In this document: in pieces, positions 18,207-26,787 of the stretch
Layout of the letters: the number at the start of each line of letters is the position of its first letter
Position numbering within the stretch: position 1 is the stretch's first letter
Assembly: GCA_029858425.1 (NCBI GenBank)
Contig: JAOUFE010000001.1
Span: 1 to 47,800 of the forward strand
DNA from: Spirochaetia bacterium
GTDB lineage: Bacteria; Spirochaetota; Leptospiria; Turneriellales; JAOUFE01
Length of the DNA stretch: 47,800 nt
Reading direction: 5' to 3'
Made by a program: the position numbers and the translations under genes
Notes under the pieces: generated by a model
Databases searched by the model: none
Told to the model about the DNA's origin: nothing
Seen by the model: only the letters and a program-made list of their open reading frames with translations

Positions 18207-18223
18207 TCCATTTTTTAATATTC
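18207..18223 (+). repeat. 17-bp direct repeat TCCATTTTTTAATATTC, right copy flanking element B
   Basis: Identical to 18064-18080. Confidence 0.9.
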
Positions 18224-18255
18224 TTTACACAAGGTTCAAAAAAATACCTGTTGGC

Positions 18256-19017
18256 TTGAATTGGGGGAATATGTATAAGTTAGTTTTGCTGCGACACGGC
18301 GAAAGCCAATGGAATAAGGAAAACCGGTTTACCGGATGGAAAGATGTAGATCTTTCCGAAAAGGGGGTTCAAGAGGCAAAAAATGCTGCAATGCTGCTCC
18401 GGCAGGAAGGTTTCAAGTTTGACCTTGCCTATTGTTCTGTGCTAAAGCGCGCCATTCGTACCCTCTGGATTATTCTCGATGATCTGGATTTAATGTGGAT
18501 CCCCATATTTAACCATTGGCGACTCAATGAAAGACACTATGGAAATCTTCAAGGTCTTAATAAATCGGAGACGGCCAGCCAGTACGGAGAAGACCAGGTT
18601 TTTCAATGGAGACGAAGTTTTGACTACCCGCCTCCAGCGATGGAAGTAAATGATGATCGATCCCCGGTAAAAGATGAAAGATATTCAAAGGTGGACAAAA
18701 GATTATTGCCTGTCGGAGAAAGCCTCGAATTAACTATTGAACGTGTTTTGCCGTTTTGGGCTGATCAAATTGCTCCATCAATTCTCTCCGGTAAAAAAGT
18801 CATTGTTGCCGCCCATGGAAATTCACTCCGCGCTCTGGTTAAATATCTGGACAATATGAGCAACGATGAGATTCCCCTTTTTAATTTTCCCACGGGAATA
18901 CCTCTGGTTTATGAGCTGGATAGCGAACTAAAGGCAATAAAGAAATATTTTCTGGGAAATTTAGATGAAGTAAAAAAAGCCCAGGAAGCAATACAAAATG
19001 AAGGTAAAAAAAAATAA
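18256..19017 (+). CDS. gpmA: 2,3-bisphosphoglycerate-dependent phosphoglycerate mutase
   Basis: [20 protein letters not shown] and AHGNSLRAL. The track start at 18256 is TTG. The ATG at 18271 ([11 protein letters not shown]) is the more likely start. Confidence 0.9.
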   Translation: MNWGNMYKLVLLRHGESQWNKENRFTGWKDVDLSEKGVQEAKNAAMLLRQEGFKFDLAYCSVLKRAIRTLWIILDDLDLMWIPIFNHWRLNERHYGNLQGLNKSETASQYGEDQVFQWRRSFDYPPPAMEVNDDRSPVKDERYSKVDKRLLPVGESLELTIERVLPFWADQIAPSILSGKKVIVAAHGNSLRALVKYLDNMSNDEIPLFNFPTGIPLVYELDSELKAIKKYFLGNLDEVKKAQEAIQNEGKKK

Positions 19018-19038
19018 ATGCAAAGAGGTAAATTGTGT

Positions 19039-20481
19039 TTATTTTCCGATACAAAACCGGCTGAATATTCTTCCTAACAAATCTTCATTACTGATTTCGC
19101 CTGTAATTTCTGACAGATTAGAAACAATCTGATTTAGATTTTCAACAATAATTTCGCTACTGACATCTTGAATCAAACAATAGATGGCTTCATCGAGGCC
19201 TAATTGTATTTTTTCCATGATCTCCATTTGCCATTGCGCCATGGAAAGAGTTTCTGATGGGGGAATCATATTTTCAATGATCTCCTGAAGTCTGTCAAAC
19301 AAACTATCGAGACCAAATAGTGTTTTAGCGGAAAGAAAAATCATATTTTTTTCCCATTGGTTAAACACAAGATCGTTGCTATGATCCGATTTTTGGAGAA
19401 ATTGTGTCCAGAAATCTGCCTTGTCTCTATTTTGTTCCCATTCCGGATGAACAATATCCCATTTGTTTAAGACAATAATAGATCGATGCAGGTGGTCAGG
19501 ATGTAAAAATACGTTTAACTCGTTAAAGAGGCTGTTTGACGGTTTTTCCGACGAATCAATCAACAGCAGTCTCAAATCAGCTTCATGATATTTCTCAATC
19601 GTTTTTTCCATTCCCAGTTTTTCCACTTCTTCGTGCTGAGTTTTTCGGATGCCGGCTGTATCGACAAGCACAACGGGCATCCCGGATATTTCCATAGGCG
19701 CATCTATATAATCGCGCGTGGTGCCTGGTATCTCGGATACGATGGATCTGTTTTTGCCTGTCATGGCATTCATTAATGAAGATTTCCCCGCGTTGGGAGC
19801 CCCGATTAAAACAATTTCAATCCCGTTTTTAAATAAAAAATTTCTTCTGGAATGATTGATCAATACCTCAGCTTCATCCTTAATTTTTCTTAAAATTTCA
19901 ATCTTGCGATCCTTGCCGGCAAATTCAAGACCTTCATCTGAAAAATCCAGTTCCGCAGTAAAATCGGCAGTAACGTTAAGAATATTCGAGCGAAACTGGT
20001 TTAACCTTTTCTTTAACAAACCTTCTTTTTGCAAGATTGCCCTGTTGATCTGACGCTCGCTTCGCGCCTCTACAATTTCCCTGATTGCTTCTGCCTGGGT
20101 TAAATCTATTTTTCCGGCCAGATAGGCCCGATAGGTAAATTCCCCCGGATGTGCCTCGCGAAATCCTGTTTTAAACAAAATTTGAATTATTTTTCTAAGA
20201 ATAAGCGGATTCCCATGGCCTTGTATTTCAGCGTATTCTTCCCCGGTAAAAGACCTGTGCTTATGGAATATTAGAACAATCACATCGTCGATAATATGAT
20301 TTTCCCATATTATTTTGCCGTATACTGCGCTGGAAGATTCAATATTTTCCAGGGAGAGTTTTATATTTTTGGGCTGGAATATTTTCCATAACAGGCTGTG
20401 ACAATTATTTCCAGAAAGACGAACTATTCCAATGGCGCTGTGTCCGTTGGGGGTGGCCACAGCACAAACGGCGTCATTCAT
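19039..20481 (-). CDS. mnmE: tRNA modification GTPase MnmE (TrmE)
   Basis: G1 GAPNAGKSSL, G3 DTAGIR, G4 NKWD, C-terminal CIGK. Confidence 0.95.
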   Translation of the reverse strand: MNDAVCAVATPNGHSAIGIVRLSGNNCHSLLWKIFQPKNIKLSLENIESSSAVYGKIIWENHIIDDVIVLIFHKHRSFTGEEYAEIQGHGNPLILRKIIQILFKTGFREAHPGEFTYRAYLAGKIDLTQAEAIREIVEARSERQINRAILQKEGLLKKRLNQFRSNILNVTADFTAELDFSDEGLEFAGKDRKIEILRKIKDEAEVLINHSRRNFLFKNGIEIVLIGAPNAGKSSLMNAMTGKNRSIVSEIPGTTRDYIDAPMEISGMPVVLVDTAGIRKTQHEEVEKLGMEKTIEKYHEADLRLLLIDSSEKPSNSLFNELNVFLHPDHLHRSIIVLNKWDIVHPEWEQNRDKADFWTQFLQKSDHSNDLVFNQWEKNMIFLSAKTLFGLDSLFDRLQEIIENMIPPSETLSMAQWQMEIMEKIQLGLDEAIYCLIQDVSSEIIVENLNQIVSNLSEITGEISNEDLLGRIFSRFCIGK

Positions 20482-21275
20482 CAGCGCATGGGTTGTTCTT
20501 CGCCTGACTTGTCATGTGAAAAAAAAGAATCGTTATGATCAGGTTGTTTTTCATCAAATTCATTGTCTGGCAAATCATCCGGAAATTGATTAAAATTGTC
20601 TTCGGGAATAACCGCATCATCTGTCATTTCCTTAGGGTCTCCCTGTTTCAGTTTTATCCGAACCCTTTTATATACTCCCATACCTTCCGATTCGGTAACT
20701 ATATCCTCATCTTCCTGAAGCGCCATATGAATAATTCTTCTTTCATATGGATTTAAAGGTTCCAGAAGTTTGCTCCTGCGGGTTTTCTTGACTGCCGAGG
20801 CTATTTTTATGGCAATGTCTGTTAAATACTTTGCCCGACGATCGCGATAGTTTTCAATATCCAGTAAAATCTTTGGCGGTTCGCCCAGAAATTGCTGCAC
20901 AATCAAGTTTACTATAAACTGGATTGCTTCCAGCGTTTTTCCTTTTTTGCCAATAACATAGCCTGCATGTTCGGAGGACATTTGAATATAGGTTTTACCT
21001 TCATCATTCTTTTCTATGCCATGCACTTCTACGCCGTATCCCATTTTTTCGGTTACTGAAATTATCGCACCCTTCATTACTGCGTCCACAGGCGTTTTGT
21101 CCTTGATTGCGAACACACGGTAAGTGGATGGATTTTTAGATCCCATTCCAAGAAATCCCCCGCTCCCTTTTTTATGTAATTGAACAGTAATGTCGTCTAT
21201 TGCGATGTGTAAAGCTTCAGAGGCCATTTTTAAAGCATCTTTGTCGTTTGCCGAATTAATTTCAAGTATCTGCAT
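20481..21275 (-). CDS. jag: Jag/KhpB-type RNA-binding protein (KH + R3H) with acidic C-terminal tail
   Basis: KH motif GKKGKTLEAIQFIVN and R3H motif YERRIIHMAL. There is a 1-nt overlap with mnmE. Confidence 0.85.
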   Translation of the reverse strand: MQILEINSANDKDALKMASEALHIAIDDITVQLHKKGSGGFLGMGSKNPSTYRVFAIKDKTPVDAVMKGAIISVTEKMGYGVEVHGIEKNDEGKTYIQMSSEHAGYVIGKKGKTLEAIQFIVNLIVQQFLGEPPKILLDIENYRDRRAKYLTDIAIKIASAVKKTRRSKLLEPLNPYERRIIHMALQEDEDIVTESEGMGVYKRVRIKLKQGDPKEMTDDAVIPEDNFNQFPDDLPDNEFDEKQPDHNDSFFSHDKSGEEQPMR

Positions 21276-21302
21276 TTTCTTCTCCTCTTTAATAAATAAT
21301 AT

Positions 21303-23021
21303 TTACTTTTTTTTGCCGACAATGGGATCCGGTTTCGACCGGTTCGTCAATGCCTGTTGAAGTACGGACAAAATATTGTACAAAATCCAGTATAAAACAG
21401 CCCCTGACGGAAAAGACCAAAACATGACAACCATGACTACTGGCACAACCTGTGCCATCAGCTTTTGATTCTTGTCCACAGAAACCATGGTAAATTTGGC
21501 TTGCAATATCTGACTCACCAATAATATAATGGGAAGGATATTTACATGAAATCCACCAATAACCGGCAATGTCTGGCTGAACACATAAACAGTATCGGGC
21601 TCTGAAAGATCATTAATCCAGCCCTTGATAAAAGGAGATCCCCATAACTCATAGGAATCGGTAAATGCGCTTATCAGGGCAATCAAAACAGGAATCTGTA
21701 TAATCATGGGAAGGCAACCCCCCATCGGGTTTGCTTTGTTTTTCTTGTAAACCTCCATGGTTTTTCTTTGTTTTTCCTGCGGATTGTTTTTATACTTCTC
21801 GTTTATTTCTTTAACCAATGGCTGCAGCTCTTGCATCTTCTTCATAGATTTGGCCTGAGCCTGATTTAAGGGGAAAAATATTCCCCGAAGACCAATTACA
21901 AGGAGAATAATGGCAACACCATAATTGGGAATAATCTTGTACAGAAGCTTCAATATTACGACAAGAAAATCGCGAATAGGAGCCGTAACCCCAAAATCAA
22001 AAGCTTTGTATAATTCCTTGTTCAATAACTTCAAATTCTCCATACGCTGAGTCATATCTGGTGTAAGGTTGAAAAACTTGTTTACTTTTGGTCCAGTATA
22101 CAATAAAAAACTATAATTTCCTTTTTGGTGCGGCTCAATAATTTGAGGAGCTAAATGCGCATGCATTTCATTTTTCATATGACTGTTAATAACAATAGTT
22201 ACCGCATCTGCTTTGGTTAAGGGTTGAATAGTCATAATCATAAACCGTGAACCCATTCCAAAATACTCAAGATTCCCTTTTTTTGTTTCAATGTCGCCGG
22301 TTTTGGATTCTTTTTTTGAACAAAGCAAACTGCTGACGCCGTCTCCCCCCGTAGCTGCTTTCAACGCAAGGGAAGTATATTTATCATCCATATAGTAAAA
22401 GTCTTTCAGGTTTTTTTCAAAATTGGTTGAATTATTTACAGGAACCGGTCCAATGTCATTTATGGGGATAAAGTACAATTCAGGTATGTAAAGTTTTTGA
22501 GCAGAATTATTTTCAATGCCCCATGAGAAATTCCAGTAATGCAAAATCTTGTCAAATTTATATGTTTTTACTATGAGAACAGGATAAGTTCCCTGATTTG
22601 TTTTAACCATTACATCCAGCGAGGCTTTAACTATAATTTCCCTGGAGTTCCCGGTTAGCTGAAGTTTATATTGACTGTTTTTAAACATGTCCGATGAATC
22701 CGGCGTTTTATATACGTTAAAATAAAACGGGTCGACTGTAACAAAATCAACATTATTTTTTATCTTGTTTTCTTGATCCTTATGGCGCAATGATCGAATA
22801 CTGCCCCCTTTTGAATCTATCTCAATATTAAAATAATCTGTTTCAATTTTTTGAATTTGTTCGCCCTGTTTCTTTGAACCCGATGGTAGAAAATCCATCA
22901 CGGTAGCCGCTCCCTTTAAATCCAGGGTTATGGGAGATGGTTCAGGTTCGGCAAATATAATACCCGATGTAATAATAAATAATAAAATTCCAAATTTTAA
23001 CTGAGTGACGCTATTTTTCAT
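21303..23021 (-). CDS. yidC: Membrane protein insertase YidC (long form with periplasmic domain)
   Basis: 572 aa. NPMGGCLPMIIQIPVLIALI and SGAVLYWILYNILSVLQQ. Confidence 0.9.
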   Translation of the reverse strand: MKNSVTQLKFGILLFIITSGIIFAEPEPSPITLDLKGAATVMDFLPSGSKKQGEQIQKIETDYFNIEIDSKGGSIRSLRHKDQENKIKNNVDFVTVDPFYFNVYKTPDSSDMFKNSQYKLQLTGNSREIIVKASLDVMVKTNQGTYPVLIVKTYKFDKILHYWNFSWGIENNSAQKLYIPELYFIPINDIGPVPVNNSTNFEKNLKDFYYMDDKYTSLALKAATGGDGVSSLLCSKKESKTGDIETKKGNLEYFGMGSRFMIMTIQPLTKADAVTIVINSHMKNEMHAHLAPQIIEPHQKGNYSFLLYTGPKVNKFFNLTPDMTQRMENLKLLNKELYKAFDFGVTAPIRDFLVVILKLLYKIIPNYGVAIILLVIGLRGIFFPLNQAQAKSMKKMQELQPLVKEINEKYKNNPQEKQRKTMEVYKKNKANPMGGCLPMIIQIPVLIALISAFTDSYELWGSPFIKGWINDLSEPDTVYVFSQTLPVIGGFHVNILPIILLVSQILQAKFTMVSVDKNQKLMAQVVPVVMVVMFWSFPSGAVLYWILYNILSVLQQALTNRSKPDPIVGKKK

Positions 23022-23109
23022 TTTCTTACTGGATAATTAATTATCATTAGATTGCTCGTAAATTGTTTTTTATGTGGCAGTTGAGCCTGATTTGGGGAAA
23101 ACAGAACCG

Positions 23110-23145
23110 CTGAAAACAGGAAGGGTCTGCTGAGTCTGTTTTCAG
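23110..23145 (-). terminator. Candidate intrinsic terminator or hairpin just downstream of dnaA
   Basis: CTGAAAACAG (23110-23119) and CTGTTTTCAG (23136-23145) form a perfect 10-bp inverted repeat. On the minus strand the stem is followed by CGGTTCTGTTTTCCCC, so the U-tract is only moderate. Confidence 0.3.
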
Positions 23146-23155
23146 GCACAGGCGC

Positions 23156-24571
23156 CTATATTTTTTTTTGTGTTGTAATGATATTCAAGAGCTGCTTTAT
23201 GTTTTCCATAAAAATTGCGTCGGAATCCATTTTCATCTTTATGTTTTTTTCTGCGTTTAAAACTGTTGTATGATCGTTTCTTGCAAATGCATTTGCAATA
23301 TTTAGAAGCGTCATTTCAGGGATCGCTTTTCGCGCAAGATACATTGCCAGATGCCTGGCCAGCACAATTTTTTCAACTCTGCTTTTTCCAAGAATATCTT
23401 CATTCCTTACCGCCATATTAATCGAGACTTCCCTGACAATATCTTCAATGGAGATATCTGCTTTTTGTTCCACAGACAGTTCCTGCAAAACCTGGCGAGC
23501 AAGATCAAGATCTACTTTTTTGTTTGTAATCTGGCAGCTGAACTTCAGTTTTATCAGGGCAGCCTCAAGCAATCTAACCTGACTTTTTTCATGCGTTGCA
23601 ATAAAGCGCACAACATCCCGGGGAACATCAAAGTTAATCTCATTGGATTTTGAAATCAAAATAGCCTCGCGAGTTTCGAGATTTGGCGGCTTGATATCAA
23701 CAATTAAACCGGATTGAAACCGGCTGATCAACCGGTCTTTGAGCATGGCAAGTTGTTGCGGTGGCCGGTCTCCGGAAATAATAATTTGCTTGTTATGCTG
23801 GTAAAGATGATTAAAAGTATGAAATATCTGTTCCTGGGTATACTCGGCTCTTTCGCTGATAAATTGTATATCGTCTATCAACAAAATATCCGCGCTCCGA
23901 TATTTCTCCTGGTAGCCCGCTTTGGATTTTGTCTGAAGAGCTTCAAGAATGTCGCTTTGGAAGGCTTCAGACGGAACATACAAAACCTTCATCCATGGGA
24001 AATTTTGATTCACGGAGTTGGCAATTGCCATCATTAAATGAGTTTTTCCGAGCCCCACTCCGCCAAAAAGGTATAATGGGTTGTGAAATTTTTTTGGAGC
24101 TTGCGCCGCACCTAACGCCGCCATATAGGCATATTCATTGGAAGGGCCTTTTACAAACCTTTCAAAGGTATAGTTCTTGTTAATATAACTTTTCGCGTTA
24201 TCCGCCGGAGATAACCGGGGGGCTTCGACGTGTTTCTCCGAAAAAATATTCAATTGCTTTTCATTTTTCGGGTTTTCCTGGACTGGTGCGTTTGTTTTTT
24301 CCGACACCTTGAATTGTACCCTGATTTCCCTGTTGGATACCTCCCTTGCAAAAGAAGTAATTATTTTATAATATCGATTTTTGACATGTGAAAGAATTTT
24401 TTCATCAGCACTGGTAATAATCAGCCTTTCATCATTCCATTCCAGCGGTCTTATATCATTAAAAAATATTTCAAAAAACTGCCGCGGGATTTCTTTTTCA
24501 AGTTTTTCATAAAACTTTCCCCACCGAACCTCTTCAGACTCGGTATAATTGCCTTTACCAGCGCCTGTCAT
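23156..24571 (-). CDS. dnaA: Chromosomal replication initiator protein DnaA
   Basis: Walker A GGVGLGKTHLMMAI, Walker B LLIDDIQF, domain IV DHTTVLNAEKNI. Confidence 0.95.
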   Translation of the reverse strand: MTGAGKGNYTESEEVRWGKFYEKLEKEIPRQFFEIFFNDIRPLEWNDERLIITSADEKILSHVKNRYYKIITSFAREVSNREIRVQFKVSEKTNAPVQENPKNEKQLNIFSEKHVEAPRLSPADNAKSYINKNYTFERFVKGPSNEYAYMAALGAAQAPKKFHNPLYLFGGVGLGKTHLMMAIANSVNQNFPWMKVLYVPSEAFQSDILEALQTKSKAGYQEKYRSADILLIDDIQFISERAEYTQEQIFHTFNHLYQHNKQIIISGDRPPQQLAMLKDRLISRFQSGLIVDIKPPNLETREAILISKSNEINFDVPRDVVRFIATHEKSQVRLLEAALIKLKFSCQITNKKVDLDLARQVLQELSVEQKADISIEDIVREVSINMAVRNEDILGKSRVEKIVLARHLAMYLARKAIPEMTLLNIANAFARNDHTTVLNAEKNIKMKMDSDAIFMENIKQLLNIITTQKKI

Positions 24572-24769
24572 ATTGATTTTTCCCCTCTGACATGTAAATC
24601 CACTCCGGATGTACGGGGTAAAAAAGTCACATCGACAAGCCTATTTTTGAATCGGTTCACAGATTTTTTTTCCCCAAATATCCCGTCAGGTGTGTAATAA
24701 AGAAACTGCTTTATGTCACATTTGGGCTCATTTTGATTGACTATCCATGGAAACAATCAATTTAGTTCC

Positions 24770-25816
24770 ATGGGTTATACGGATGTTTTTTTCCTTACGT
24801 TTATTTCTCTTCTTGGTATGCTGCTGATATACCTGTTCATACGCAATCAGGTTGCAGTTATGATTGATCAGAAAATGAAAGTTCTTTATAAAGAGAAAAT
24901 AGCTTCGGATGTGCAGAATATATATAGAGAACTGGACAACTATTCATCTATATTGGACAGCCGTATCGGAAGATTGAAAAATCTTACAGAAAGGCATGAA
25001 TCGTCTCTGAAATTATGGGAAAATATCCAAAAAGAATTAAGAAAATCCAAAACAGGGAAGGAACTACTCAACTATATGGAAGAACAGAAACTACAGTCTC
25101 CGCAAAATCCGCAATACCTTGCCGACTTAAAGAAAGAAATAACCGATGAGATCAAGCTGTTTGTCTCGAAAAAACTAAATATTGTTCCGGATACGGTTCA
25201 AAGGACTTCCCCTCCAAAATCGATTGATTATTCCCGCGAGAAAACCAGGTCGCCTGTCGAAGACGTAAATATTGCCGAATTAATTATCCAGGAAATGGGA
25301 GAAGAAGCGGTTTTGAAGAAAACAAGACAACCTCCCGCAAGACAAATTGAATCATTCAAACTGCCAAAAAGACCCCAAATGGATCAAACTCCCGATAATT
25401 CCGGAGGTTTCCTGAAAATACTGGGGGCTGTCGGAAAAACATTAAGCCCGTTGTTTTTAAAGTCAGCCTCTCCTTTCCTGGACAGTCAGGTGAACAGCGC
25501 CTCAAAAATTCCTGAAAAAATTTTCAACGACCTTATAAAAAAAGAAATGAAGCAAACAGAATCGCTTCCTCCTCTGCATGCAGATGCCCCTGAACCAGTT
25601 AAAACTGGTTTTCCAGCTCAAAAAACCATGGAGCCTGAAGAGCTCGTCCGGCTGCTTGAAGAGTTAAGAAACTCCAAAGGTAGACCCGAAGCGTTAAAAA
25701 AGTTAATGAGACAGGGATTCCAGTTAAACCAGATAGCCGATATATCGAACATCCCTTTTAGCGATCTTGAGCTTACAAAAAATTTATACAATTTGTCTTC
25801 GGAAGGAACTCCGTGA
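24770..25816 (+). CDS. Membrane-anchored coiled-coil protein with a C-terminal HTH-like segment (function unknown)
   Basis: One N-terminal TM helix (VFFLTFISLLGMLLIYLFI), a charged coiled-coil region, and the C-terminus LMRQGFQLNQIADISNIPFSDLELTKNLY. I prefer the ATG at 24770 over the TTG at 24737. Confidence 0.6.
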   Translation: MGYTDVFFLTFISLLGMLLIYLFIRNQVAVMIDQKMKVLYKEKIASDVQNIYRELDNYSSILDSRIGRLKNLTERHESSLKLWENIQKELRKSKTGKELLNYMEEQKLQSPQNPQYLADLKKEITDEIKLFVSKKLNIVPDTVQRTSPPKSIDYSREKTRSPVEDVNIAELIIQEMGEEAVLKKTRQPPARQIESFKLPKRPQMDQTPDNSGGFLKILGAVGKTLSPLFLKSASPFLDSQVNSASKIPEKIFNDLIKKEMKQTESLPPLHADAPEPVKTGFPAQKTMEPEELVRLLEELRNSKGRPEALKKLMRQGFQLNQIADISNIPFSDLELTKNLYNLSSEGTP

Positions 25817-26787
25817 GCGTTGAAGAAAAAAAAATTTTCCTGGCTTCTCCCCGCGGATTCTGCGCAGGGGTTGAAAGAGCCATTGAGATTGTTGAAATTT
25901 CACTAAAATTATTCGGCGCTCCACTCTATGTGCATCATCAAATTGTGCATAACCGTCATGTAGTAGAAAAGTTTTCATCAAGGGGAGTAATATTTGTGGA
26001 TTCCATTGAAGAAGTCCCCGATGTTGCTCATGTCATCTTCAGCGCACATGGAGTAAGTCCGCAAATTAAAATACGCTCTATTGAAAAAAAACTGGAAATT
26101 ATAGATGCCACCTGCCCTCTTGTTACAAAAGTTCATCTTGAAGCAATCAAATATTCACAAGATGGATTTCATATTTTGCTTATTGGTCATAAAAATCACG
26201 CAGAAACAATTGGCACATTTGGAGAAGCCCCCGATAAAATACATATTATAGAGAACTGCCGGGATATTGAATCTATGGAATTTCCACCTGACACAAAACT
26301 TGCCTACCTGACTCAAACAACGCTTTCCATTAGCGACGCCAAAGATTTAATTACGGCTTTAAAAATAAAATTTCCCCAGATACAATCTACCGGTTCGACA
26401 GGCATTTGCTACGCAACGACAAACCGTCAGGAGGCAGCGGCAAAAATTGCTCAGGAGGTGGACGTTGTATTTGTCATAGGGTCGCAAAATTCATCCAATT
26501 CAAATCGTCTGAAAGAGCTGGCTGAATACTTGGGTAAACCCGCATACCTGATTGATGACGAAAGCAATATTTATCCTGACTGGATTTCCGGGAATATTCG
26601 CAAAATTGGCGTTACCGCCGGGGCATCGGCGCCGGAAGAACTTGTAACGAGAACTGTAAACCGCCTGCGCAATGAATTTCAATTCACAGAGATTGAAGAA
26701 ATGAAAATTAAGGAAGAAAATATAGTTTTTAAATTACCTCAAGAACTTCTCAGGTCTGCTCAATTTGAGCATCGCAAAAGGACATGA
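25813..26787 (+). CDS. ispH: 4-hydroxy-3-methylbut-2-enyl diphosphate reductase IspH (LytB)
   Basis: ASPRGFCAGVERAI, TCPLVTKVH and ICYATTNRQ (three Fe-S cysteines). The GTG start overlaps the previous stop (GTGA). Confidence 0.95.
   Translation: MSVEEKKIFLASPRGFCAGVERAIEIVEISLKLFGAPLYVHHQIVHNRHVVEKFSSRGVIFVDSIEEVPDVAHVIFSAHGVSPQIKIRSIEKKLEIIDATCPLVTKVHLEAIKYSQDGFHILLIGHKNHAETIGTFGEAPDKIHIIENCRDIESMEFPPDTKLAYLTQTTLSISDAKDLITALKIKFPQIQSTGSTGICYATTNRQEAAAKIAQEVDVVFVIGSQNSSNSNRLKELAEYLGKPAYLIDDESNIYPDWISGNIRKIGVTAGASAPEELVTRTVNRLRNEFQFTEIEEMKIKEENIVFKLPQELLRSAQFEHRKRT

Noticed and set aside
23022-23155. Possible hidden rpmH, rnpA or yidD between dnaA and yidC
   Set aside because: The gap is 134 bp. 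No frame encodes the Arg/Lys-rich L34 sequence or any ORF, and the region is occupied by an AT-rich stretch and a hairpin.
24737-24769. TTG start at 24737 for the membrane coiled-coil protein
   Set aside because: The in-frame ATG at 24770 lies directly before the TM helix and leaves an intergenic region for the divergent promoters. The TTG extension adds 11 residues with no feature.
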